A stretch of 64,000 bases of DNA from contig NC_043007.1 of NCBI RefSeq assembly GCF_006345805.1, positions 55,118,001 through 55,182,000 on the forward strand, read 5' to 3'. Made by a program: the position numbers and the translations under genes. Origin of the DNA: Octopus sinensis (taxonomy: Eukaryota). Position 1 is the first letter of the stretch. Every line of letters starts with the position of its first letter. Shown in pieces: positions 12,723 through 25,700 of this stretch. The notes under the pieces are model-generated. The model did not search any database, was not told where the DNA came from, and was given only the letters and a program-made list of their open reading frames with translations.

Positions 12723-12725
<3 letters not shown>
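12255..12725 (-). mobile_element. Non-autonomous derivative of a Naiad-type PLE terminal repeat, with hammerhead
   Basis: 12265-12490 aligns to 57185-57392, and 12570-12720 aligns to the reverse complement of 57027-57180. Confidence 0.75.
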
Positions 12726-12753
<28 letters not shown>

Positions 12754-12755
<2 letters not shown>

Positions 12756-13136
12756 GGAGGCGCAATGGCCCAGTGGTTAGGGAAGCGGACTCGCGGTCAT
12801 AGGATCGCAGTTTCGATTCCCGGACCGGGCGTTGTGAGTGTTTATTGAGCGAAAACACCTAAAGCTCCACGAGGCTCCGGCAGGGGATGGTGGTGATCCC
12901 TGCTGTACTCTTTCACCACAACTTTCTCTCACTCTTACTTCCTGTTTCTGCTGTACCTGTATTTCAAAGGGCCGGCCTTGTCACTCTCTGTGTCACGCTG
13001 AATATCCCCGAGAACTACGTTAAGGGTACACGTGTCTGTGGAGTGCTCACCCACTTACACGTTAATTTCACGAGCAGGCTGTTCCTTTGATTCGGATCAA
13101 CCGGAACCCTCATCGTCGTAACCGACGGAGTGCTTC

Positions 13137-13140
<4 letters not shown>
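12754..13140 (+). mobile_element. tRNA-derived SINE
   Basis: A-box tggcccagtgg and B-box gtttcgattcc. Related copies at 39863-40170 (+) and 52425-52780 (-). Confidence 0.85.
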
Positions 13141-13171
<31 letters not shown>

Positions 13172-13268
13172 ATCCAAGCATGAAAACACAAAGAGAAAAC
13201 ACAACAACGCGAGGACGTGGAACAAATATAGTATTATTGGACGTTCAGGAAGGAAGGGAAGAAGGAAG

Positions 13269-13303
13269 GTTTTACGTTTCGAGCGGAGCTCTTCGTCAGA
13301 AAC
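13269..13303 (-). ncRNA. Minimal type I hammerhead ribozyme motif in a TA-flanked cassette (13165-13373)
   Basis: Minus strand gttt-CTGACGA-a-gagc(tcc)gctc-GAAA-cgt-A-aaac, with palindromic ACGT helix III. Confidence 0.75.
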
Positions 13304-13444
13304 ATAGGAAAAGGAAAGATCCAGAGAAGACAAGACGGAGGAAAAACAATCGCCAACGGTACACACGCGGTCACATATATATATATACATATGCATGTGA
13401 GTGTGTGTAAGTGTGTGTCTTTGTGTCTGTTTGCCTCTCGCTCA

Positions 13445-13635
13445 CCACTCGACAACCGATGTTGGTGTTTATGTTCACGTAACTTAGCGGTTCTGCAAAA
13501 GAAAGATTGGTAGAATAAGTACTAGGCTTCAAAAAGAAAAATAAGTATTGGGGTCGATTGGATCGACTAAAATTCTTCAAGGCGGTGCTGCAGCATGGCC
13601 GCAGTCTAATAACTGAAACCAGTAAAAATTAAAAT
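13445..13635 (+). mobile_element. SINE 3' segment
   Basis: Matches 22230-22415 and 42860-43010 (gacaacc..gtaacttag..gtcgatt..actgaaac). Confidence 0.75.
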
Positions 13636-13882
13636 CATATTGATATATGCACACGCGCACACACACTCGCACGCACAAACACTCACACACAAAACGCGCA
13701 CACACACACGCACATATATATCTATATAGATAGATATATACGACGGGCTTTTTTCAGTTTCCGCCTAGCAAATCCACTCACAAAGCTTTAGCTCGGCTGG
13801 AGGTTATAGCAGAAGACTGAACATGGGACCATGCGTTTGCAAAGCAAACCTCTTATCGCATACGCATATGATATATATACAT

Positions 13883-13913
<31 letters not shown>

Positions 13914-15112
13914 TACACACACACACGCACACGCACGTACACACACACACACACACACGTAATATGTGCTTGTATCCATACATACATACATACATACATA
14001 CATACATACATACATGCATGCATGTATACATATATACGCGCAATGATCATTCTCTTCTGTAAATTCTGTCAAGATAACTGGAACAATTTCAGAAAATTAC
14101 AGACATCATCTCTATTCATGTCATAATTTGCAGAGACCAACAAATACTTTTCTTTCCCTTCTTCAATATTTCTTAGAGTTTTTCATATCAATCAGCATGA
14201 AATCGAGAGACGTGTGGACAGTAGGAATCTAATTCAAAGTAATTGAAACCGATTCTTAAACGTCAGATAGTTCCCCACTTCCATTCCCCAATAGCATGTA
14301 TAGTGTTGTTGCTTTTGGCAATGATAGTGTTGGTGATGTTATTTTCCTTAGCCAATGTAGGGAACAAAATTAGCATTTTTACTTTAGTATCATCGATATT
14401 TAGACGACTATTTCAGTAACATATATCTGATTTTACATGTACAGGGATGTGTAATTTGTATAACATTTATAATATGTATAAATATTTATATATAGAAATT
14501 ATGATGTATGTATGTATGTTAGTGCGTGTGTGTATGTATGTAGTATGTGCGTGCATGCGTGTATGTATGTATGTAGTATGTATGTGTGTGCATGCAAGTA
14601 TGTATGTATGTATGCACGCATACATGTATATTTATATGTGTTTATAATTTGGCCATATTTCAGTATGTCAGATTTTTTCCTTTAGAGTGTCATTCTATGT
14701 GTTCATAGGTATTACTAATATATACAAATTTATAAAACAAGATGGAATGAGCATGCTTTAATCACAAATCATAAAAAAATTGTTTCTGTGCATTGGTTAC
14801 TTTCTGAGTTTTCCATTTCATACTGTTACATGAAATATAGAAATAAATATGATCTAGCGGCAGCTGCGTACCGGCCCATTATCAGGTGAAAGCTTTGATA
14901 AGCGGCCTCGAATCACGTTCAATTTCCCATCACTTTATACCCTATTTTATTTTTCGCATCCCCTTTATATATTCAAATTGACCACAAGGCATAAAAATAC
15001 TAAATAAAGGAGTGACAGTAAGAATTAAAAAATATAAATTACAAAACAAACGGACAAAAATTAGTCAATCTAAACCAAAATCAAAAGTATAAATATAAAT
15101 TAACCAAACCTA

Positions 15113-15276
15113 GGAGCGTAGGAGTGGCTGTGTGGTAAGTAGCTTACTTACCAACCACATGGTTCCAGGTTCATTCCTACAGCGTGGCACCTTGGGCAAG
15201 TGTCTTCTACTATAGCCTCGGGCCGACCAAAGCCTTGTGGGTGGATTTGGTAGACGGAAACTGAAAGAAGCCCGCC

Positions 15277-15278
<2 letters not shown>
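15113..15278 (+). mobile_element. tRNA-headed SINE with CORE-like segment
   Basis: ggagtggctgtgtggtaag..ggttcattcc, then accttgggcaagtg. Same family as 42634-42795 and 13735-13800 (-). Confidence 0.75.
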
Positions 15279-15322
<44 letters not shown>

Positions 15323-15589
15323 TATGTAAATGTAATATGTGACAGTTATTCGGTAGCCATGATAAAACTCGTCGGATGTCGGGGTGGAAATCCACGTCGC
15401 CATCTCTATCCGGCCATCGGAAAAAAATGCAAGGAAAAATGATCGTTAAACAAAGGGAAATTACTGTGTTATTAAGACAAAAGAGCTATTTGAATGACCG
15501 CTAAGTAAGGCGAGTGAGTAAAAGTAAGTAGGTAAAAATGTTCATTGTATTCGCGTAAGCGCACATGTCCATACCTGCACATGCGCGCC

Positions 15590-15676
15590 CGCACACCTAT
15601 GTACATGCGCCTATAAGTATACACTCATCCACCCTCACTTGAAACACACACATTCTCACCCACACCATTCGCCAAA

Positions 15677-15721
<45 letters not shown>

Positions 15722-16130
15722 CCCCCCCACACGCGCACCAAAAGGTTCATACACACGTCTATATACGCACATGCACGAGAAAAAACAGGGCAATAAGAGT
15801 AAAACACGTCTATATAGAACATATCCATATGCAAGCAGCCACAGACGTCTATATACACGCATACTCGCACACGTCTATATATACACACACAAAAAGGTTC
15901 ATACACACGTATATATACGCACATGCACAAGAAAAAACAGAGCTAAAGGCAACATACAGGAAAATGTGTAAAAATGTATAAAAGTCATGAGTAAAACACG
16001 TCTATATACGCACATACTCGCATGCACGCACACACTCACACATCTATATACGCACATACTCGTACACACGCACATATCCACACGCCTGCACAAAAGATTC
16101 CATATACACATCTATATACGCACAGGGAAA
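15590..16130. repeat. Degenerate minisatellite built on acacgtctatatacgcac
   Basis: The motif recurs many times with variable spacers. Confidence 0.8.
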
Positions 16131-16349
16131 ATGAAGGTAGAATACAGAAAAATATGTGTAAAAATTTATATGAGCAATAAACCTATAAAACAAAATCTCT
16201 ATAAATATGTAAAAAATATATGTATAAAAACTATATAAATATATATAAAATATATTAGAAATATAAGTAAAAAGTATAAAGAGATAAAATGCTTGTACGT
16301 GGACACAATATAGAAAGCAAGTCCTATCTGTAATCTCGTGGGGACCAAA

Positions 16350-17560
16350 AATTTAACAAATATTTAGCCAAATTTGGGCATGGTCCGAAAACTTTAGTTC
16401 TTGAATTCAGAGATGTAGCGGGGTCTAAGCTGCTTTTCCAGATGAGCCAACTTTCCATATCACAAAACCGCACTTTTGGTGTAGGGCTTACACTTGGCTA
16501 AGATCTTCCAATGGATGTTGTAATTGACACCTTTATCTTTTAAGGCCCATATATGACTGGATAATTTGGTCGTTTTCCATTTATCCCAGTGCCTGAAACT
16601 CAATGTATGATTATTGAACCTGGCCTTGAAATTACCCTCTGTAAGACCCACGTATTTCTTCGTCAAAATCGTGTCCTTAGTGGATATAGAGTCCACGGTA
16701 GCTTCATAAATTATGGTCTCGGACATGCAAGCTCCATTTAACGGGCACAAATTGTTATCCCTGCATGAACAACTGATTTCATATTGTGGTTTTTGTGTGT
16801 CATGTGCGATTATATTTTTAAAATTAGTAGTTGAGCTGAAACTGATTTTTAAGTTGTCTATTGAAGAGCTCTCTGTAAGTATGGTTGACTGGAAAATGTC
16901 TATCTATCAGTGATAAGAAATACTTGCCTATATTGAAGGTTACCTCGGGTGTGAACCAGATAGTTTTCCTATTCCTATGTTTCCTCTTCTTTATTATTGG
17001 ACTGGTGGCAGGTGTATAGGTTATTTCCTCACTAAATCCACTATCTTTTAGAGTCTTATTATATACTGGGGCAACACTATTAAAAATGTCCCTATCGGAG
17101 GAGAGGCTAGAAATCCTTTTGCTAATGTTGTTAAATAAATTTTTAAACACTATGGTGGGGAAAGCAGGAACCCACATTAATATAACTAAGTCTATCGTTG
17201 GGCTTCCTATAAGGCTTATAAATGTTCTTATTTAGATCTAAGGATACATCTAGGAAATTGACAACCGTCAGGTTGGTGTCTGTAGTTATGCTAAGACCTC
17301 TGTATCGGTAGTCTTCAGTCACTCTGCGTTCTCGCTGAAGAGTAAAGTCTTTCTAACATGGAGGATTATGTCCTTATCCTGTGTACTGATTTCTATTAAT
17401 TCGCTTGCGAAAGCGAGGGCTTTATCTAGCAGTTCCTTAGAGATAGAGACATAAAAATCGACAATATCGAATTGCGTGAATCTCGCTTTCTTCTAATTCT
17501 TAACGGCTTTAAACCAATCAACGACTGTTATACTATTGGACCATTGTACTATTAAGAATA
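16350..17560 (-). mobile_element. 5'-truncated, internally deleted Naiad-type PLE (RT remnant + GIY-YIG)
   Basis: QWSNSITVVDWF..FTQFDIVDFY, NFLDVSLDL..YKPYRKPND, RNRKTIWFTP, CSCRDNNLCPLNGAC..IIYEA..YVGLTEGNFKARFNNH. The YRDD core is deleted. Confidence 0.85.
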
Positions 17561-18559
17561 AGAATAAAGCGAAATTCACACAATTCGATAAAAAGTAGTA
17601 TAGGTTGTTAGGAAGAGAAGAATTGTATGCAATGTGAATGGCGTTATTTATATGCATCTGTCTGTGTAATCCAAAGGCATGACATGATGAAAAAGCATAT
17701 TTTGTGGGTATGTAAAAAAGATAGCGAAATAGAGAAAACAAGCGTTATTTGGAGTTAGGAACTTGAGAAGTATCGGTAAAGCATGAATTGATGAAATAAG
17801 ATACGGAAAATTAGAAAAAAAAAACAATGTGGGGCAGTTGACAATATCAACTTGTACTTATTCTATCGACTCCGAAAGGATGTTTTCGAGGTAAAATCGA
17901 CCTCAGCGAAATTTCAACTTGGAACTTAAAGACGTACGAAATACTGCTAAGCACTTTGCCCGGTGTGTCAGGTCGCCGCCTTGGGGCATTTGATAATATC
18001 AACATACTTAAAAGCTACATATAATAGGGTTATCCGTTATCGTTGGACAACATATAGGTTACATTGTAATTAACATCAAGTAATATTCTTTTATATAAAA
18101 ATAATTTTATCGTCACTACTAAGATCATGTATGTATAAATTAGTATACACGTACATATTTTCGGATTATTCTCACTCATACATATGTTCTTCCACCATAT
18201 TATATTAATTCATTCACAATAGGTGCAAGGAATTCAATATTATTTAATTCCACCCATTCTTTGACTCTTCACCTAAGCACAACCCGCCTGAGATACATTT
18301 CTTGGTCTTGCTTGTATTCCTTACCTGATCACTTAATAACTACAATGGCTAAATAACCATATTTCCTCTTACTGTCTTCTCAATACTACACTTCCGGGAG
18401 ACGTTGGTTTTCTCAGGTGACACACACACACACACATTTGGAAGATATCTTTATCTCATGCATTTATTGTCAACTTTTTTCTCACGGCTCACCGGCTCGT
18501 GCCTATTAATATTTAGCACTTAATTAGGACAAAGACAAGCCGTACTTTGGAATTATTCT

Positions 18560-19330
18560 TTGCATGTGGTCCCTTTATATAATACTTTAAAAAGTAAAGA
18601 CGTAATTTTGTAGGCTCTACAGATTCTAAAGTTTACTGGGCTCAATTTTTACCTTTTTCTGCATCTTCTCCATTTTCCAATACATTCTTCATTTCTTCAA
18701 AAATATTCTTCTTATACAGCCCCTTACAGGCAACATTTATTCCTTGATCCATTGGTTGAATAAGTGAAGATGTAAAACTGATAATTTAAAAATTTTCCCA
18801 TCACTACTAACATCTCAGCATTAAATAAAGCAGTGACATTGTCACGATGCAACAATAGCTTTCAATTACGGGAGGACATTTTTAGAACATCTATCCCATA
18901 TCTCCTCACATCAAGAAGTGGTTGACGAACCAGTCAGAAAAGTCCCCTAAAGTCAATCATTCATTCTTTGACTTAGTGAATATTTCAGCTAATCGATTCA
19001 TAATATCTTTGAGATATTTATTTCAAGTTCCTTATAACCATGAACTTCTAGTGATACAAACATTTACAAATAATGAGGCAAAACTTCACTCCTTATTTAA
19101 GTTGCCACCAGTTCTATGTTCATGTTTTTAGCCCAATATATTTTCAGGAATAACAACATAGAACAAACCAGTTTCATCAACTTTGTAAGCATACGATAAA
19201 CTACGGCCTCCAGACTTAATAAGTTTATTTAAAAAAATTTCTAAAAAGCTCAGCTTGTAAAGTGCCTACAATTAAAGATTCACCACAGGTTCTCTCGTTC
19301 ACATGCCATACCTTTTTTTCTAAAATGACA
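18560..19330 (-). mobile_element. Highly decayed pogo/Tigger-like transposase remnant
   Basis: Minus-strand DETGLFY (~19165-19190), DWFVNHF and SSLIQPMDQGI (~18740-18775), with many stops. Confidence 0.7.
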
Positions 19331-20484
19331 CAACTACCTATCACTTATTGTAACATGACGTTCTAATTTATATATCAGAATATCCTGGTGAAATTTCTTT
19401 TCTATTGGATGGAGGGTTGTCAAAATTTTTTCCTTCCTTAATGGCATAAAACTTCTACTGTTTGTTTATGCATACACTAAACAAGCCAGCTATATTCAGC
19501 ATTAATTTTGTTACTAAATTATTTTTTCTACTTTGGCATAAGACCAGATATTTAAAGAGGTGTCCTATAATCGATTGAATCAACTTCACTATATTGAGTT
19601 TCGATTCATTTATATAATGAATACACCTGGCATATATCTGAACGCTACGCATTCACATTTCTACCTTTTCCTCTCGATGTTAGCGACTAGAAAACGAATT
19701 CAAACGTGAATCAGGAAAGCAGTGACATTTAAGTGTGTTTTCAGGAAAACAGTAACAAGTAAATGTGTGACATTTACTTTCATATCCTCACACACCTAGA
19801 GACTATAATGCGAGGAGTGGAGAAATGAACGTTTTGATGCCCATAGCTTTACCAAAGGTATTTGTGATGTAAATGAAGAGACACGGTTTCAATTTAAAAG
19901 TGATTCTTTTATATCTACAATGAACACATTAATAATATTTCGTACATAGTTATAAGGCAGTATGATGTTAAAATACGAAAATGGGTCGTGATGGTGTCTT
20001 TGCATTTCCAAAGGTGTTAATGATATGAATAAATTGAAATGTTTTCAGGCGATAAACGAAATATGATCACTGATACGGTTCGATTTGAAGGAGAAAAATG
20101 TAGAATAACACGTATAAAAAAAGAACTGAGGTTACACAATATTGATCACGAACTGTCTGAGTTACTTATTCAGGCGGAAATAAAAAATATCGACCTGATA
20201 CGAAAACTTCTTCGGATAAATATTGCCAAATATTGCTCTGACATATCCATAGAATGATGAGAATTACATTATATTGGCTGGTGACGAAATATAGTCACAA
20301 TACTTTTTTTTTTTTGGAAAGTAAAATCTCATAGAGTAGATGAAAGCAAATACCAACAAAATAAGTAAAATAAAATTATAAACTAATGAACAGAAAAATA
20401 GTATAGAGATATAAAATGAAATAAAGGAAAAAAACAGTAGGTTTACGAGTAGCTTCAAATTTCTGGATGTATCAATAATTTATT

Positions 20485-20790
20485 TTATGAGTGCGTTAAG
20501 AAATGCCTCAGTATTTCCTGTTTCACTCCTCTCGCCTCTAAATCTTCCTTAAACCACATCCTACCATCTTGAAGGAGCTGCAGTAGTGTGTAAAAGCCAC
20601 CACCTAGTAGAAATAGGTATTTTTTCTTCAGTTCTTGGGGAAGTGCAAGGAATCTGGAGTTGTGGGTTTTGGTTGTGTGAGGAATAGAAAACAACATAAC
20701 CAAGAGGAAAACACCGGCTATCTCCCTAGCTGTTGTGCACAAATAAGGGAGTGAGATAAATGCACTGCCTGGGATAGTTAGCATAAAACT
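20485..20790 (-). mobile_element. Possible second pogo-like transposase fragment
   Basis: AREIAGVFLLVMLFSIPHTT..ELKKKY loosely resembles the pogo LPPHTT..LQPLD region; weak. Confidence 0.3.
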
Positions 20791-21126
20791 GATGGAACTC
20801 CCGCAGTTAGCTTCCGTGAAGTACTACTAGTGTTCATTTCATCATCAATTGCAACAGGAAAATAAACTAGAAGTAATGCATATGAATCTTTCTTAACGGT
20901 GTTCAGTAAGTGAAATGTTATAGTTATAAGCTTAAGCTGAAACAAAACTGCTCACTAGTTTTGCTAAGTATAATTGTAGGATTTAAACCAGCTCCTACCG
21001 CGTGTCATCGAAATTTGATCGGCATGGATACATTAAAGTACTTCCAGTTAGTCCGGTGCTCCATTCACTGCTACAAGTGTTTCTGTAGTTGTTTTTGATA
21101 TAGAACTTATCCTATCCTGTCACCTG

Positions 21127-21185
<59 letters not shown>

Positions 21186-22419
21186 CATATTTAGCTCGAA
21201 AGAATATTTGATAATGCTAAAGAATTGATCTTCGTACCACTTTTGGAAACAACCGATATTATAAAAAGGTGAACCAAATACACACATCAAGGAATGGTCA
21301 ATCGTTTGATTAAGGAATAGCCGAACACCAGTTAATCGATACTATCCATAATATAAAGGCACTGCTGAACGCCAGTTAATAGATACTGTCCGTAAAATAA
21401 AGGCACAGCTCAAATCAATTAAAAAACACTGTCCAATCTGTCTTTTGTAAGTACTTTGATAATTTTAGTTGCCTTACAAAGTTTCAGGAGAATATGACAA
21501 GGAGTAGTGAAAAAAAAAGGAAAAAAAAAAGACAACAACAAAATCCTCTGATGTGTTAAGAACTCAAACCTATATAGGTTGATACGATTTCATTTCATTC
21601 ACAGGGCCTGAGAGTCTCAATTTCCTCTTTCTTTAAAATATAGGTAAAATGGACCCAATACTGGCTGATATTCTGGCTAGAATGTTGATAGTTTGAGCTA
21701 TTACTGTTACAAAACTGAGTGGCTGGTGGAAAACATTTAATTTTCTAGAAGTCTCTACGCAGTTTGACGAACTACGAAAATTGGCAGCCAAATCTTCCAA
21801 AATTCAAGCTCTATAGTCCAAGTCTGGAGAGCCTTTGATTATATTTCGGCAGTAATTGAGCACTAACTACCACGCTTAAGTCTGTAAGCAACGTGAGAAC
21901 TGCAAAACCGATGGGAATTCCATTAGCTTGAAATGTCATCTTTAATTCCTACCATTACCCAGGATGATGTCCAAAAACTATTCTAGTAATCGACTCAAAT
22001 GCCAGAATTTCGATCCCTACGTGACACTTTCGACAATATGAAGAAGTAGAAATATGCATGAATACATACATGCATTCATACATACATAATAATGTTCGTC
22101 CTTCGGTTCGAAGATGACCAACTGACATCATCTGATGGAACTGGCGCCATGTGACCGGAGGTGGCTGGTGAGGCCAATCCGGGCAATACCATAAATATAA
22201 ATATATAAATATCTTCGTCCCACTACCACGGATTGACAACCAGTGTTGGTATGTTTACATCCCCATAACTTAGTAGTTCGGCAAAAGACACCAATAGAAA
22301 TAAGTCCCAGGCGTAAAAAATAAGTCCTTGAGTCGATTTGTTCGACTAAAACCCTTCAAAGCGGTATCCTAGCATGGCTATAGTCAAACGACTGAAACAA
22401 ATAAAAGATAAAAGATGCA

Positions 22420-23855
22420 TACACTTTAGGTACCAGACGCCCTCCCTCGGTCTACGCTAGATCCAGTACTATAAAAAAGACGAGCTGAGGAAAATTCTGT
22501 CTGACAAACGGTGACCATACATGCTTACAGCCAAGGAAGCGCTGGAGACGTCGTATCCTCGGCGCATGTCTACGCATCAGCAGCCTCAGTATGCCCAACT
22601 TTCCATTCAGCAGGTGTTGACAGCAAAAGGAGTGCTTGACTAGTGGAATGACGGTCAAGTGGTAATATATAACGGAGGCGATTTAAGCATTCGCCATCTC
22701 AGCGGGATAACCCTAACCACGACCCATTTCTGGGTGAAACTGATCACTCTGCTCGTCACCTTGTCCCAGTTCTCTTCCGCCTGAAAATTTGGACCAAACC
22801 AGACCCAGAACAATTTAACCAGTTTCTCCGTCCAGCGTCCCACGACGTAATTCTATAGCATGGATCAACTTCTCCAGGCGTTGAGCTGCAAGTCCACTGA
22901 CATTTTTTGGTTAATTTTTGGTTAATTTTTGCTCCTGTTACCTCCTCGTATTCTGTGACGGTGACGCCGTCTGCATCTCTTACGCCGTAGTTCACGTGGG
23001 ATGCCTCTCAACGCCTCCGATTTCAACGGTAGTGGCTCTAGAGCCAGTATATACAGAAGAGACGCGAGTGGACATTCCTGACGGACCGAATGCATGATGC
23101 TGAATGGTTCCGATAGGTAAGCGTTCGTCCGAACTACTGAGCAGATGTCCCTGTACATTGAGGCTATCCAGCCGCGGAAAACGGGACCAAAACCAACAGC
23201 CATGAGAACAGCCGCCAAGTATTGGTGGTCAACCCTAGCGAAGGCTTTAGGTCGATCCAAACTGATCAGGGCCCCACCCATGCTAGATTCTTTACCCACC
23301 CCTGTCTATGATGTATCACATGAAATGGAGGTTGTCATGGATTGATGTACTTGGAATGGCTCATGTTTGCGCATCACCAATCAGCTCCTCGACGACAAGC
23401 GCCAACCTCTTTGCGAACACCTTGGCCAAAATTTTAAAATCTGCATTCTGTAGTGTTATAGCCCCAAACTTTCTATTTGATATCCTTTGTTCAGGTTCTT
23501 TTTCATCAGTGTCTCCGCTCTTCAACTTATGGAAGCTGTCGACTGGGGAAGATAAGAGGCCGCAAAACAAATCTGGTGTATCAAAGTAAAGCTTGTAGGG
23601 AAGACCATCTAAACTAGGTGAGTTGCCCTCCATGCAACTCATCGTCGCATCCCGTATTTCCGAGGCTGTTATCGGCATTTCTCAACGACCCAACCCCCTT
23701 GCCGAGAGTCGTGGCATGCCGTCGAGGTACTGAAGTCTATCCTGCGTTCCGGATTGTCATTCGTCTCAAGCAGTTCGGCAAAGAGCTGTTGAAATGCCGC
23801 GCACATCTGCTCGTGCTCGAGTACCGTGCGTCCATCTTGATCCACCAAAGACTGA
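22420..23855 (-). mobile_element. Tx1/L1-clade LINE ORF2 remnant
   Basis: SPSLDGLPYKLY, AITLQNADFKILAKVFAKRL, LISLDRPKAFARVDHQYL and VRQECPLASLLYILALEPL. Confidence 0.85.
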
Positions 23856-23859
23856 ATTG

Positions 23860-24790
23860 TGGATTTATTTCCACAGTGTGCCTCTTCTATTGGAGGTTTT
23901 TCCTCGAAGGAGATATTTGCGAAGTGTTGTATTACTCTTAAAGATGTCCAAGTTCTGTTAGGTCATGTGAACTCAATAAAGCCATCCATACATTTCACAA
24001 TAGAAAAGGAAAAAGACAATCAGCTAGCATTCCTGGACGTATTAATAACCCACAGCAAGTATGGATCCAGGACATCCGTATACTATTAAACAACAACTAC
24101 CCCCAAAACATACTATCCACTCCAATTATGAAGATAAGAGCGGATGAAACTCATAAACTGACCACAGTCTGTCTACCCTATGTGAAAAGCCTCTCTGAAA
24201 AGATACAAAGGATATGCGGCCCATATGACATCAGGACAGTATTCAAAAGTAATACAACATGTCGCAAATATCTCCTTCGAGTAAAACCACCAATAGAAAA
24301 GAATATGACCAAAGACTGCGTCTACTCCATCCCATGCAGCTGTGATAGGTTATACAAAGGCGAAACATATCGCTTCCTCATCGCAAAGCTGTGACACGAA
24401 GAGGTATTGGTAAATCGGGTATAGCTGATCATGTATGGAAAAGCGGTAACCACCTCCCTCTGTGGGAGGACGTTAAAATAATAAACAGAGAACACCACTG
24501 GAAAAATACAAAAACTAAAAGAAGCAGCACATATGTTAGGACATAATAACCTCCTAAGCAGACCAAGTGCAGATATGAGTAGCTACTAATTCCGAGTTCG
24601 ATTCCAGGCAGTGACCTGAATAATAATAATAGTAATAATAATAACATCGAAAAATATCTTAGGAATGAGAACCCAAGTTCGAAATTTCCCCAAGACACCT
24701 GATGAAGGCTGGAGAGTATGTCAGTCGAAACGTTGTGTTAACAACAAACAAGATGAGGGCAAATGTCCATAAATGTAAATAATGTATTTT
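23860..24790 (+). mobile_element. 3' fragment of a Penelope/Poseidon-type PLE
   Basis: SIHFTIEKEKDNQLAFLDVLI, LPYVKSLSEKIQRI, CVYSIPCSCDRLYKGET and SGIADHVW..KEAAH, followed by a hammerhead. Confidence 0.85.
24694..24739 (+). ncRNA. Canonical minimal type I hammerhead ribozyme
   Basis: gacac-CTGATGA-a-ggctgg(agagtatg)tcagtc-GAAA-cgt-T-gtgtt; stems I and II pair. Confidence 0.85.
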
Positions 24791-24799
24791 GCTTTCAGT

Positions 24800-25700
24800 T
24801 TGTTATAAGTTTGTTTAGTTGTTTTTATAAGTTTTATGTGAATAGGGGTGTCGTGCGGGGGTGCGATGGATGCATTTAGAGTAATGCCTGTATATTTCTG
24901 AATGTTTTCTCATGTTCTTGTTTGTGTCTATTACAATTAGTAATACGGCACATTGAGAGTGCCGTTCGTATTGGCCTCGATTGCTATCTGTTTTCGTTTG
25001 TTGAAATGTTTGTAATGTTGGTGGTATTTGTAGCATTGGAGACGTTTATAATTATGTTAATGTAGGGTGTGTGGGTGTGTGATAGTTTGTTAGTTTCTGT
25101 GTCTCCTCCCCCAATCTCTTTGTTTTTAGTCTTGTACCACACTTTTTAGTTTGTAATTTTCCCCTCTTTTTCTTTCACCAGGATCCATTCTGGTGGGTTT
25201 CCAAGATTGTTTTCCTCGTTAGACGGGTTTTCACAGTCGGAAAAGTCTGTGACAGTGGGAGGGGTATGTCTGCACAATTACGCATTTCTAAGCTGGTGGT
25301 CTGGTTGACTGATGAGGGTAAGGGTTCTCTTGCTTGCAATGGTGTAGGTGTTGCTATAGTTTTTTCTTGGGTATTGTACAGGTGCTGATGTTGTTGAATA
25401 GATTTCTCCTGTTGGACTTTCTGTTGATGCTGCTATTGTTTTAGTTTTGGATGCTGTTGCTCGTCGCACTGATGCTGTTGTTGTTGTTGCTGTTGTTTTT
25501 GTTGACTTAGAGGTGTCTGTAGTAGCGGGGTTTTTTTCATTTTTTTTTTGCATGGGACAGAAAGCCTTTAAATGGTTTGTTTCACTACAAATGTGACATC
25601 TTGGCCTTCTGCTCTCTACTGCTACAAATAACTGAGTTGCATTAGGTAGGTAGATCAGGTCGGAGATGGCTTCGATACTCTCCAGATCGCCGTGCAATCA
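24800..25700 (-). mobile_element. Tx1-like LINE ORF1 remnant with CCHC knuckle
   Basis: RRPRCHICSETNHLKAFC fits C-x2-C-x4-H-x4-C. Same strand as, and upstream of, the Tx1 ORF2 remnant. Confidence 0.7.

Noticed and set aside
12754-12830. tRNA-like A/B boxes (also 39863, 52700-52780)
   Set aside because: No complete cloverleaf, and they continue into a shared repeat body; these are SINE heads.
14860-14930. ttgataa..gaatcacgt hammerhead-like string
   Set aside because: No convincing stem II or GAAA.
20039-20257. 72-aa ORF preceded by an acceptor-like ttttcag
   Set aside because: No recognisable domain, donor site or partner exons; cannot be supported as a host exon.
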